A stretch of DNA of 63,290 bases, filler included, from Collodictyon triciliatum (lineage: Eukaryota), in the NCBI GenBank assembly GCA_043381765.1. It is 6 parts of 6 records of this genome, joined end to end, with 100 filler letters (N's around TTAATTAATTAA, not from the genome) between each part and the next. Parts side by side here need not be neighbours in the genome. Positions count along the whole stretch, not along the records: positions 1 to 11,934 come from JBHJMP010002271.1; positions 12,035 to 23,964 come from JBHJMP010002272.1; 4 more parts are not named here. One strand, 5' to 3'. Shown here piece after piece: positions 1 through 23,089 of the stretch; the first letter of the stretch is position 1, and each line of letters opens with the position of its first letter. Made by a program: the position numbers and the translations under genes. The notes beneath the pieces are model-generated. The model saw only the letters and a program-made list of their open reading frames with translations, was not told the DNA's origin and did no database searches.

Positions 1-3000
1 CAAACTGTAAAAATTTGGAATTTATCTGATGGAAGCTTAGTTCGCACACTGTCCGGACATAGTGGACAAGTTAATGCGGTTTCAATCACTCCTGATGGTT
101 TGTACACAATATCAGGTAGTGGAGACCAAACGATACGAATATGGTTGATTTCTAATGGTTCTTTGATTCGGACCATAGCCACACAAAGTTCTACCATCAG
201 AACCGTCACAGTAACACCAGATGGGTCAAAAATCATCTCTGGGGGTGGTGATAACAACTTAATACAAGTATGGGGATTCTCTGATGGTAAATCGATATAT
301 TCTTTACTTGGACATACAAGTCCAGTTACAAGTGTTGTGATGACTTTTGACGGTTCAAAAATTGTTTCTGGAAGTTATGACAATACCGCAAAGTTATGGC
401 GTTTATCGGATTATGGACTTATTCGTTCCCTTGATGGTCACACTGGGTGGGTATTGAGTGTCTCTGTGACTCCTGATGATTCAAAAATCGTTACTGGAAG
501 TAATGATAGGTCTATTAAGGTGTGGAACCTATATGATATATGCTCTCCTGGCTTGTATTATGATGCTATCTCCAAGAGTTGCAATTCTTGTCCGCCAGGA
601 ACATATAACGATTTATTTGACACTATTTCTTGCAAAAATTGCCCACCTGGGACTTTTAATAAGCTAAGTGGTTCAACTTCATTAAATGATTGTCTCCCCT
701 GCGCCAATGGCGCATATAACCCGATACCTGGACAGTCGTCATGTAGGGATTGTGAACCAGGCACTTACAATTACATAACTGGTCAATCTACTTGCCTCGA
801 GTGTTCTCCAGGATTCTACAGCGACTATGGCCAAATCTTCTGCACTGCTTGCCCTGCAGGTCTATATAACCCATTTTCAAAAGGTGCAGGTATTTCGTCT
901 TGTCTTGAATGCAGTCCTGGTACATACAACAGTGTGGACGGTAGATCAAGTTGCTTCGACTGCCCTGCGGGATTCTATACAGATAAGAAGGCTCAGCAGT
1001 TCTGCTCCCCATGCTCATTTGGTTCCTACAGTAATTCTACCAAATCTAAAGCGTGCAACCTCTGTCCCGAGGGAACTTTCAACCAGAACTTTGGGTCTAT
1101 CAGTACCAACGACTGCAAACCATGCACAGCTGGAAGATATTCAGCGTCTCCTGGCATGTCCATATGCGAATTATGCCCTCCAGGTACATTTAACTCTTTG
1201 CCCAGCCAGAAGACCTGCACAAAGTGCGCTCCAGGTACTTACAACCCAAACTATGGAGGGGCAGGGGAGAATTCATGCATTCCTTGTGGAAAAGGAACAT
1301 ACGGAGATGTTTTAGTGGTTGAATGCACGAGTTGCCCAGAAGGCTCTTACAATGACAAGACAGGCTCTTTCGGAAGAAGTTCGTGCATGTCGTGCCCAAA
1401 CGGAAGCTACAGCTCCGAGAGAAGTTCTATTTGCAATCCTTGCCCTTCGGGATACTATCAAAAAGAGCAGACGCTGAAGAACACTAGTTCATGCTACGCT
1501 TGTCCAAAAGGAACATTCAATTCAAACTCTGGCTCATACGGGGATAAATCGTGTGTTGAATGTCCTCAGGGAACTTTCAACGATAAATTAGGACAAGCAT
1601 CTTGCATGTCGTGCAAAGCTGGGACTTTTAACAATAAAACTGGTTCATTCAGCGAGTCATCTTGCATCCCTTGTCCAGGCGGAAGCTATAGTTCTGAAAG
1701 GAGTTTGACATGCAATTCATGTGCACCAGGATTTTACCAGGACGACATATACACAAAAATCTCAATCGAATCATGTATTTCTTGTCCAAAAGGTACATAC
1801 AACCCAAACTCTGGCGCACTTGGGATTTCATCGTGTCTCGAATGTCCTCAGGGTACATACAATAATAAAGATGGACAGGCTTCCTGCATATCCTGCTTGG
1901 CTGGCACTTTTAGCTCTAAAAATACATTAAACAATAGTTTCTCTTGTATCAGCTGTTCTGACGGGAGTTATAGTTCAGAAAGAAGTCCATCATGTACCTT
2001 ATGCCCACCTGGTTTTTATCAAAAAGAGGGACTGCAGAAAGATTTAAGTTCATGTCTTTCCTGCCCAAAAGGAACATTCAATTCGGTGTCTGGGGCTTAT
2101 GGAGAAACTGCATGCACCAAATGTCCCCAAGGAACTTACAACGATAGAGAAGGTCAGGCATCTTGTGCTACATGTCCTGCTGGAACATTCAACGCCGAAG
2201 CAGGGTCTTTAAGCATAGTATCATGCATATCGTGCCCTGATGGAAGTTACAGCGCCATAGGAAGCACATCTTGTACCTTATGCTCGCCTGGATATTACCA
2301 AGAAGAAGGAATTCCAAAAGATTCAAAATCATGTTTTTCATGCCCAGAAGGAACATTCAACTCGATATCTGGCTCACTCGGAAATTCTTCATGCACTAAA
2401 TGTCCCCAAGGGACATACAACGACAAAAGAGCTCAAGTATCTTGTATGGCATGCCCGGACGGAACATTCAACAACAGAACTGGCTCCTCTAACAGCTCAT
2501 CGTGTCATTCATGCCTCAACGGTAGCTATAGCGCTCCCAGAAGCTCGGCATGTACGCCATGTCTACCCGGACATTATCAGAAAGAAGGAGCCACAAAAGA
2601 TTACTCTTCATGCCAGGCTTGCCCAAGAGGTTCATTCGTCTCAAACTCTGGCTCATACGGAGTGTCATCATGCCTTGAGTGCCCTCAAGGTACTTACAAC
2701 GAGGAACGTGGCCAAGCATCATGTGTTTCGTGTGTGGTTGGTAAGTTTAGCAACAAAACTGGCTCGTCGGATGAGTCATCATGCGTATCATGTCCTGATG
2801 GCACATACAGCTCAGAACGAAGCCCTTCCTGCAACCCCTGCCCGTCAGGTTTTTATCAAAAAGAAGGCGTCACAAAAGACCAAAATTCATGCGCTGCATG
2901 TCCAAAAGGGACTTACAACTCAATATCTGGCTCTTATGGAAAACTGTCATGTATTGCGTGCCCTTGTGGGACTTGGAATGAGCAACAAGGTCAGGCGTCG

Positions 3001-6000
3001 TGTACCACATGCCAAGCTGGAACATTCAATAATCAATCTGGCTCGTTTGACAAACTGGCATGTACTTCATGTGTTGATGGAACGTACAGTATTGATGGCA
3101 GCTCATTATGCAGTCCATGCGAACCTGGATTTTATCAAAAAGAAGGAATCACAAAAGACTCCAAATCGTGCTACGCTTGTCCAGAGGGTACATTTAACTC
3201 CAACTCCGGCTCATATGGACGTATGTCATGTATTGATTGCCCTCAAGGCACTTACAACAATAAACAAGGTCAGCCCTCGTGCATCTCATGCTCTGCCGGA
3301 TCTTTCAACAACATAATAGCTTCGTTCGATAAATCGTCGTGTGTCTCATGTCCGAATGGAACTTACAGTTCAGAAAGAAGTATGTCGTGTAGTTTATGTT
3401 CACCAGGGTTTTATCAAATAGAGGACATATTAAAAGACTCCAAATCGTGCTACGCTTGTCCTAAAGGTACATTCAACCCTAATTCCGGCTCATATGGAAA
3501 TGCATCCTGTATCTATTGCCCTCAAGGCACTTACAACGATGAAAAAGGACAAGTGTCTTGTGTTTCTTGCCCAGCTGGGACATTCAATAACAAAACTGGC
3601 TCGGTTGAAAGTTTTTCATGTGTCCCATGTCACAGTGGAAGCTACAGTATGGCGGGGAGCTCACTTTGTACCTTATGTCCATCTGGATTTTATCAGGCAG
3701 AAGGTATCACAAAAGACTCTCAATCGTGTTATACTTGCTCAAAGGGCTCATTCAACCCTAATTCCGGCTCATATGGAAATGCATCTTGTATGTATTGTCC
3801 TCAAGGCACTTACAACGATAGGGAAGGTCAAGCGTCTTGTAGTTCATGTCGTGCCGGAACATTCAGCAATATATCGGGTTCTTTTGATGAATCATCATGT
3901 CTTGCATGTCCAAATGGGAGCTACAGTCCTGTGGGAAGCTCTCAGTGTAACCTTTGCTCACCAGGACTCTTTCAAATAGAATCAGTCAGAAAAGACGTAT
4001 ATTCGTGCCATGCTTGTCCCAAAGGTACGTACAGCTCAAATGCTGGTTCATATGGAAACTCATCTTGCATCGACTGCCCGCAAGGAGCGTGGAATGATAA
4101 AGAAGGCCAAACCACTTGCACACCTTGCCCAGCTGGAACATTCAACAACAAAACTGGGTCTTTGGATAAACTATCCTGTCGATTGTGTCCTGATGGGAGT
4201 TATAGTCAAGAGAAGAGCTCATTATGCAGCCCATGTTCACCAGGATACTACCAAAAAGAAGGAGTCATAAGAGACATTCGTTCATGCCACGCTTGTCCAA
4301 AAGGCTCATTCAACTCGAACACTGGCTCATACGGGAGTAACTCATGTCTTGAATGTCCTCAGGGAACCTACAACAATGTAGAAGGTCAAGCATCATGTGT
4401 TTCATGTGCTTCTGGAAAATTCAACAATCAAACTGGTTCATCCCATGAGTCATCATGCATTGAGTGTCCTGATGGAACCTACAGCTCAGAAAGAAGTTCG
4501 TTATGTAATTCATGCTCGCCGGGATTTTACCAAAAGGAAGGTGTCGCAAAACATATGACCTCGTGTCATGCCTGTCCGACGGGTACATACAACCCAAACT
4601 CGGGTTCATATGGAAACTCATCATGCAATGTATGCCCCCAAGGAACTTACAATGAAAAACAGGGTCAATCATCTTGTGTTTCATGTACAGCTGGAACATT
4701 CAATAACAACACCGGATCCACCCACCCTGGCGACTGTCGACCATGCTTTGGAGGTAGCTTTAGCTATGACAGCAGTTCGTCATGCATTTTATGCTCGCCT
4801 GGATACTATCAAAAAGAAGGGATTGCAAAGGACATAAAATCATGTTTTGCTTGTCCGAGAGGCACATTCAATACAAATTCCGGGAAATATGGACATTCTT
4901 CATGTTATGAATGTCCACAAGGCACTTGGAGCGACAAGGAAGGTCAAGTGATGTGTATGTCGTGTGCGGCTGGAACATTCAGCAATAAAACTGGTTCAGA
5001 CACCCAGTTTTCATGTGCTGAATGTCGAAACGGGACTTACAGCCAAGAGAGAAGCTCATCGTGCGTTATGTGCTCACCCGGATTCTATCAAAAAGACGGA
5101 ATAATGAAAGACCCAAGCTCATGTCTTGCCTGTCCAAAAGGTACATATAACTCAAACTCGGGCTCATACGGAGGTAATGCCTGTGCAAAGTGTCCAAAAG
5201 GAACCTACAACGAGAAAGAAGGTCAAGCATCATGCGCCTCTTGCCCAGAAGGAACATTCAACAACATGACTGGCTCATCCAATAAAGCATCATGTATGGT
5301 GTGTCCAAACGGGACTTACAGCTCAGGTAGCAGCTCTGTGTGTAATCTGTGCTCACCTGGGCTCTATCAAAAGACCGGAACGATGAAAGATTCTAGTTCG
5401 TGTCAAGCATGTCCCAGAGGGACTTTCAACCCAAAATCAGGCTCTTACGGTAACTCATCGTGTCTTGAATGTCCACAGGGCACTTACAACGACAAAGAAG
5501 GTCAAGCATCATGCACTTCATGTCCAGTAGGCATGTTTTGGGACAAATTTGCTTCGTCCGAAGAATTATCGTGTAACCTGTGTCCAAACGGTACTTATAG
5601 TTCTTTAGGCAGTTCGTCTTGCAATTTTTGTTCATCTGGGTATTACCAGAGAGAAGGAGCTGTGAAAGATTCGACATCATGTCTGGCCTGTCCGAAAGGT
5701 ACATATAACTCGAATCTGGGCTCATATGGAAACTCGTCATGTCTTAAATGTCCAGAAGGCACCTTCAACGACAAAGAAGGACAGGCGTCGTGCATTTCGT
5801 GCCCGGCTGGAACTTTTAACGAAAAAGACGGCTCTATTGATAAATCTTCCTGCACTTTATGTCAGAACGGTACTTACAGCTCGGAAAGAAGCTCATCGTG
5901 TAGTCCGTGCTCACCAGGATTTTACCAAAAAGAAGGAAATACAAAAGATGCAAAATCATGTCATCCATGCCCAAGAGGAAAGTTCAACTCAAACTCAGGC

Positions 6001-9000
6001 TCATTTGCGAATGAATCCTGTCTTGAATGCCCACAAGGGGCGTATAGCGACAAAGAAGGACACGCATCTTGCACCTCTTGCCCAGTTGGGACATTCAATA
6101 ACAAGACTGGCTCTTCTGATATATCATCTTGTTTTTTATGCCCAAATGGGAGCTACAGCTTGGAACGAAGCTCATCATGCAGTCTGTGCTCACCAGGGTA
6201 CTATCAAAAAGAAGGCAGCAAAAAAGACATCAAATCATGTCATCCATGTCTGAGAGGAGAGTTCAACTCAAACTCCGGCTCGTATGGATACATTTCTTGT
6301 ACCAGATGTTCACCGGGGACTTATAATGACAAAGAAGGACAAGCATCTTGCACCTCTTGCCCAGTTGGGACATTCAATAACAAGACTGGCTCGTATGATG
6401 AGTCATCATGCATTTCATGTCTAAACGGAAGCTACAGTTCGGCAGGCAGTTCATCATGCAATCCATGTCCATCTGGCTACTATCAAAAAGATGGAATCAA
6501 GAAAAGCTCAGATTCGTGTCTTGCATGTCCTAAGGGAACATATAATATGGATGTTGGTTCATATGCAACCAAGTCATGTATTGAATGCCCACAAGGAACA
6601 TACGGAAACAAAGTAGGACTCACATCTTGCACATCTTGCCCAACTGGGACATTCAACAACAAGACAGGTTCGAATGATGAGTCATCGTGCATTTCATGCC
6701 CAAACGGAAGCTACAGCTCAGCAGGGAGCTCATCATGCAATTTATGCTCGCCTGGATTCTATCAAAATGAAAACATAGTAAAAGATGTCAATTCGTGCAC
6801 TGTATGTCCGAAAGGAACATTCAACTCAAACTCTGGCTCATATGGGAATGTGGCGTGTGTTGAATGCCCACAAGGGACTTCCAATGACAAAGAAGGCCAA
6901 GCATCATGTACTTCTTGCCCAACTGGGACATTCAACAACAAGACTGGTTCGTATGATGACTCATCGTGCATTTCATGTCCAAATGGAAGCTACAGTTCAG
7001 CAGGGAGCTCATCATGCAATTTATGCTCGCCTGGATTCTATCAAAATGAAAATATAGTAAAAGATGTCAATTCGTGCACTGCTTGCCCGAAAGGAACATA
7101 TAGTTCGAATCTTGGCTCATACGGAATCCTTTCGTGTGACAAATGCCCACAAGGAACATATAATGAATTAAAAGGCCAGCTATCATGTGCTTCTTGTCCA
7201 GTTGGTACTTTCAACAACAAGACTGGTTCATCTGAAAGCTCTTCATGTCTTTCATGCTCGAATGGGAGCTACAGCTCACATGGGAGCTCATCATGCAATT
7301 TATGCTCGCCTGGATTCTATCAAAATGAAAACAAAGTAAAAGATGCAAATTCATGTTATTTGTGTCCGAAAGGAACATTCAACTCAAAATCTGGTTCATA
7401 CGGAATCCTTTCATGTGAAAGATGCCCACAAGGAACGTACAGTGAATTAGAAGGGCAAGTGTCCTGCGCTTCCTGTCCAGTCGGCACATTCAACAATCAA
7501 ACTGGCTCATCTGAAAAATCTTTTTGTTTAACGTGTTCCAGCGGAACTTACAGTCAAGAAAAAAGCACATCGTGTACTTCATGCTCACCAGGGTTTTATC
7601 AAAAAGAAAACGCAACAAAAGACATCAATTCATGTCAGTCGTGTCCGAAAGGCACATTCAATCCCAATCTTGGTTCGCATGGAAAGTCATCATGTATCGA
7701 CTGTCCGCTGGGCACGTATGGTGAAAAAGATGGCCAGGCATCTTGCACATCTTGTCCAGTCGGCACGTTCAACAATCAAACTGGGTCATCAAAAAGCTTT
7801 TCATGTCTTCCATGTAAAAACGGAAGCTACAGCTCTCCTGGAAGCTCATCGTGTAATGCATGCTCACCAGGATTTTATCAAAAAGAAAACACAACAAAAG
7901 ACATCGATTCATGTCACTCGTGTCCGAAAGGAACATTCAACTCCAATTCAGGTTCATATGGAATCCTTTCGTGTGAAAAATGTCCAGAAGGAACATATAG
8001 CGATAAGGATGGCCAGGTCTCATGCACATCATGCCCGGCGGGTACCTTCAGCAACAAAACAGCTTCATACGATAGCACAACATGTACTCTATGCACAATC
8101 GGAAGCTACAGCTACGAAAGAAGTCCGTTGTGCATCAAGTGCCCTACACGCTCTACTACAAAAGAAATAGGCAGCAAAACACTGAGTGATTGCACATGTG
8201 TAGATTCCTATGTTTCTCCTCTTGGCACGTGCACATGCAAGCCAGGTTATTATGAAGATGAGAATAAATGCGTGCAGTGTCGCATCGGCTCGTTCAAGTC
8301 TACATATGATACCAATTTCTGTACGAGCTGTCCAAATAAATTTACAACAAGCAAAAGCGGCTGCACCTCACAAAATGATTGCACTTGTAAAAGTGGATTT
8401 TCATTTACAAATAATACGTGTGAATGTGAACCTGGAAAGTATGAGCGACAAAACGAATGTTATGAATGTCCTCTGGGCACTTACAACTCCTATTACGGAC
8501 AAACTGTATGTAAGGATTGTCCAGACAAGTCAATTACAAACTCCACGGGGACTAAGGCAGTCGATGAGTGTATATGCCTCTTGAACACTTATTTTGATGT
8601 AAAATCCAAGGAATGTAGAGATTGTCCCGAGGGATTTGTGTGTGACGGAAGCAGTCACTTGAAGGTCGCATCAGGGTACTGGAGGCCTCCCACAGAAGAC
8701 GAGCTCGTAGCGTACAAGTGTTTGAATGGTAATGCATGTAGTGGAGGGAACAGTACTTGCATGGAGGGGTACACGGGGGCCTTGTGTGGGGCGTGCCAAA
8801 GTGGATATGGTGCTGTCGGGACAAACTGTGTAAAATGTCCGGCCCCTCAATTCAATGGATTTTTAGTCTTCTTGACGATAATCGTACCGATAGGATTTGT
8901 TGTCTACATGATTGAGCAATCCAGGAGCCCGCAGACTGGAAAGACTTTGATACTAAAAACGCTGGCAACACATTTTCAGATTCTGGCGTATTTAGCAAAC

Positions 9001-9955
9001 TTTGATGTCGAATGGAGCAGCACGCTCATATCGGTTTTGAAGATTCCAGCTCTATTTTCCTTTTCTCTATCAACCGATAACTATCCCATGGAATGTCAGT
9101 TTAGCATCAGCGTTTATGATAAAGTGCTCTTGTCTATGGTCACTCCCTTGGTATTGATGGGTGTGGTGATTCTAATTATTGTAGGAAAGTTTCTCTGGAG
9201 AAGATGGCGCCAGAATCCAACATCTGCTAAAATCAACATGTATGAGTTTCGGCAGGAATTTCTTTATTCCATGTTGGTGATGCTATTCTTTGTCCACCCA
9301 ACCATAACAGCCAGCATTGCGAGCATCATTCCGTGCAGTCCCATCGGAAATAAAAGCTACTTGAAGGAAAATATGTCTATCGAGTGCGACGAGGAGAGCT
9401 ATCTGGCTTGGAAAAACGGGGTGATAATCTACCTTATCACGTATTGCATAGCTGGGCCTCTGTTCGTTCTGGTACATCTGATTCGAAAACGCGAGGACGT
9501 ACGAGACACGCGGTCTTACATATATGCCTTGGTGAGGTTTCTTGTGGATGGATATAGAGAGGAATGTTATTATTGGGAAATCGTATCCATGATGCAAAAG
9601 CTTTGTATTGTGGTCATCAGTGTGTTTTTTTCCGCCTCTTTACAAATCTACTTTGGTCTGTGGTTGCTATTTGGTATGATAAGCTCCACTATTTATGTTC
9701 AACCGTTCACATCCAACCTTCTGAAAAAGTCGCAGCTACAATCGCTTTTGGTTCTTTACTTTACATTGATGCTCAGTCTCCTATTTCGATATTCTGACTT
9801 AAGTCCTGCAACAGAGTTGATATTAGCCTTCCTTGTGGTGTCGCTCAACATGTTGATAATTCTTGTCTTTTTATCGATGGCAGGGCCGGCTGTTGTGAAG
9901 TCCATGCTGGGTAGCATGTTTGAGCTAGCTGAGACATTTAAAGGTGCGCTCACCA
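1..9955 (+). CDS. Giant intronless membrane protein: N-terminal WD40 repeats, long array of Cys-rich GCC2/GCC3 (ephrin-receptor-like) repeats, C-terminal multi-pass TM region; partial at both ends
   Basis: Frame 1 is open from base 1 (QTVKIWNLSDGSLVRTLSGHSGQV...) to the N gap at 9956. WD40 repeats lie at ~1-537 (GHTSPVTSVVMTFDGSKIVSGSYDNTAKLW). CxxCPxGTY/FN repeats run ~540-8840. Hydrophobic helices at ~8850-9900 include KTLATHFQIL...FDVEW, FLVDGYREECYYWEIV..QK and VQPF. Confidence 0.9.
1330..8100 (+). repeat. Coding higher-order tandem repeat with a 279-bp (93-aa) unit made of four Cys-rich sub-repeats
   Basis: Recurring CPQGTYNDKEGQASC-xxCPxGTFNNKTGS-xxCPNGSYSS-xxCSPGFYQKE-xxCPKGTFNSNSGSYG cycle. 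Near-identical DNA at ~6645-6800 and ~6924-7079 is offset by 279 nt. Confidence 0.9.
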
Positions 9956-10640
9956 NNNNNNNNNNNNNNNNNNNNNNNNNNNNNNNNNNNNNNNNNNNNN
10001 NNNNNNNNNNNNNNNNNNNNNNNNNNNNNNNNNNNNNNNNNNNNNNNNNNNNNNNNNNNNNNNNNNNNNNNNNNNNNNNNNNNNNNNNNNNNNNNNNNNN
10101 NNNNNNNNNNNNNNNNNNNNNNNNNNNNNNNNNNNNNNNNNNNNNNNNNNNNNNNNNNNNNNNNNNNNNNNNNNNNNNNNNNNNNNNNNNNNNNNNNNNN
10201 NNNNNNNNNNNNNNNNNNNNNNNNNNNNNNNNNNNNNNNNNNNNNNNNNNNNNNNNNNNNNNNNNNNNNNNNNNNNNNNNNNNNNNNNNNNNNNNNNNNN
10301 NNNNNNNNNNNNNNNNNNNNNNNNNNNNNNNNNNNNNNNNNNNNNNNNNNNNNNNNNNNNNNNNNNNNNNNNNNNNNNNNNNNNNNNNNNNNNNNNNNNN
10401 NNNNNNNNNNNNNNNNNNNNNNNNNNNNNNNNNNNNNNNNNNNNNNNNNNNNNNNNNNNNNNNNNNNNNNNNNNNNNNNNNNNNNNNNNNNNNNNNNNNN
10501 NNNNNNNNNNNNNNNNNNNNNGTTGAATTCAGAAGAAAACAAGAGGAGAAAGGGAAAAGGTGCGAATCCACAAGCAAATAATAGAGTTGAAAAGATGTAT
10601 ACATGTGAATAAAAAAAAGTATCGGAAAAAAAAAAAGAAC

Positions 10641-10788
10641 CGAGCCACCACAGTCTGCTCTTGAAAATGCTTCGACCCATATGCACAGACTCCGAGTGGG
10701 CCTTCTTTTGGATATTAAGACCCACATTCAAAGTGACGGAGCCCACCAGACTGACACACACCCCGATGGCCCAGTCCGGGAGACTCAT
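10641..10788 (-). CDS. NIPA-family (NIPA/NIPAL-like) magnesium transporter, first exon; remainder not visible
   Basis: MSLPDWAIGVCVSLVGSVTLNVGLNIQKKAH...FKSRLWWLG matches the typical NIPA N-terminus (G..LA..GS......N.QK...WW.G). GT donor at 10640. Confidence 0.8.
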
Positions 10789-11262
10789 GACGAGCTGATT
10801 CAAAGTCTCTGCAGCAATTCCACGTTGTTTGAGACCAAGGCATAGAAAGAGGGCGCAGAAGAGAGTTTTGTCTTTGGCAGGAGTAATAGACTGTGGTGTA
10901 GTTTTGCACTCGCTGTCATAAAGGCTCAAGCGCCGGAGTTGATGAAGGCAGAGCCAAAAAATAAAATAGGGAGAGAAAATGATACTGGCAGAATGCGCGA
11001 TGTCACAAGGAATTGCTAAATGAATATATATTGATACTGCAGTGAAAAGTGAGATGTTTACTCAATGAAACAAACATATATCATATTTCAAATGGTCAAT
11101 AGGCATCATCATATTGGATATCCTAAAAGGCCACGGATAATTAAATATTTGAAATTATTTTCCACAAATATATGAACACAGGTTGGACACAGCCCGCTTC
11201 CGTGTGCGCTATCGCGACTATTTGAATTTTGAGGCTGACTAAAATGGCTAATCTACACTAAG

Positions 11263-11493
11263 TTTGCTACAGCCAAAGAGGTTATGGGCTGAGGCGCACC
11301 AGACGGAAAATATTCGAGGCATTACCATTACTGGAGATGAAGAATGTCACAAAGAATGATTTCTCGCAACGACCTCGCAGAATCAGAGCAGGGCAGAAGC
11401 TGGAAGGTAGAAGAAGCATCTGGGATTTGGTTCGATTTCTTCAGGGAGCGTACTCGAAGCCGGATCACTTATCGGGACACCCGCGTGTTTGGG
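11263..11493 (+). mobile_element. Decayed non-LTR (L1/Tx1-like) reverse transcriptase fragment
   Basis: Across frameshifts it reads FATAKEVMG*...ENIRGITITG...(L)A[D]DLA...FDFFRERTRSRITYRDTRVFG. This resembles L1 RT FAIAIEPL..AI...NIKGIKI...FADD...SG.KIN..KT. The catalytic motif region is ctcgcaacgacctcgca at 11363-11379. Confidence 0.45.
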
Positions 11494-11540
11494 GCCAGCG
11501 AAAGCCCCTCACAAACACTCAAGCCCCCAGGGACATTTTT

Positions 11541-11800
11541 TCCCTTCTTCCTTCTTCCTTCTTCCTTCTTCCTTCTTCCTTCTTCCTTCTTCCTTCTTCC
11601 TTCTTCCTTCTTCCTTCTTCCTTCTTCCCTCTTCCTTCTTCCTTCTTCCTTCTTCCTTCTTCCTTCTTCCTTCTTCCTTCTTCCTTCTTCCTTCTTCCTT
11701 CTTCCTTCTTCCTTCTTCCCTCTTCCTTTTTCCTTTTTCCTTCTTCCTTTATCCTTTTTCCCTTTCCTTTTTCTTCTGTTTCTTTTTCTTTTTCTTTTTA
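11541..11800. repeat. (TTCCTTC)n heptamer microsatellite grading into a T/C-rich tract
   Basis: Directly visible; produces spurious LLPSSFF / RRKKEEG ORFs. Confidence 0.95.
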
Positions 11801-11934
11801 TTCTCATCTGTCTTCAAAGCCCTTCCACTTTTTGGCAGAGATACTACAACAGCCTGACCAGTTTCTCCGTAGATCACTTGACACACTGTCACCAAGACAT
11901 ACGTACACACTAATCACACCAATCAAACCGCCTC

Positions 11935-12034
11935 NNNNNNNNNNNNNNNNNNNNNNNNNNNNNNNNNNNNNNNNNNNNTTAATTAATTAANNNNNNNNNN
12001 NNNNNNNNNNNNNNNNNNNNNNNNNNNNNNNNNN
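11935..12034. other. Artificial assembly linker N44-TTAATTAATTAA-N44 (also at 23965-24064, 35148-35247, 47163-47262, 59215-59314)
   Basis: Identical 100-nt spacer carrying a 12-mer with stops in all six frames, seen five times. Confidence 0.97.

Positions 12035-12130
<96 letters not shown>
12035..12130. repeat. (AAT)n microsatellite at segment edge
   Basis: Directly visible. Confidence 0.97.
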
Positions 12131-12132
<2 letters not shown>

Positions 12133-12209
12133 GGATACTGATAGGATAATGATAAGGATAAGTGTAGAAATCATAATATGTACCATCGACTCAATTCCAC
12201 CGAAATCAG

Positions 12210-22922
<10,713 letters not shown>

Positions 22923-23089
22923 TATCTGAATAGTTCCCTTTATCGTCCTTTCTTCCAAAAAGCTCATTTCCTTTCGACTGCGCAGCGACGAACTGAAAAA
23001 GAAATACAGAGAAAAATTGTTAATAAAACCATGATGTGTAGAAAGTCGATATATATCATGTCGTTGCCTCTCCCTTTCTCTTTCTTAAT

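Noticed and set aside
476..9797. Many small overlapping and antisense ORFs inside the giant gene
   Set aside because: Shadow ORFs of the repetitive coding frame.
10522..10581. ORF-track C-terminus VEFRRKQEEK... of the 3493-aa ORF
   Set aside because: Artefact of translating through Ns; this sequence looks like the pyrimidine-rich NIPA intron on the minus strand.
11979..11990. TTAATTAATTAA as a biological motif
   Set aside because: Synthetic six-frame-stop linker embedded in Ns.
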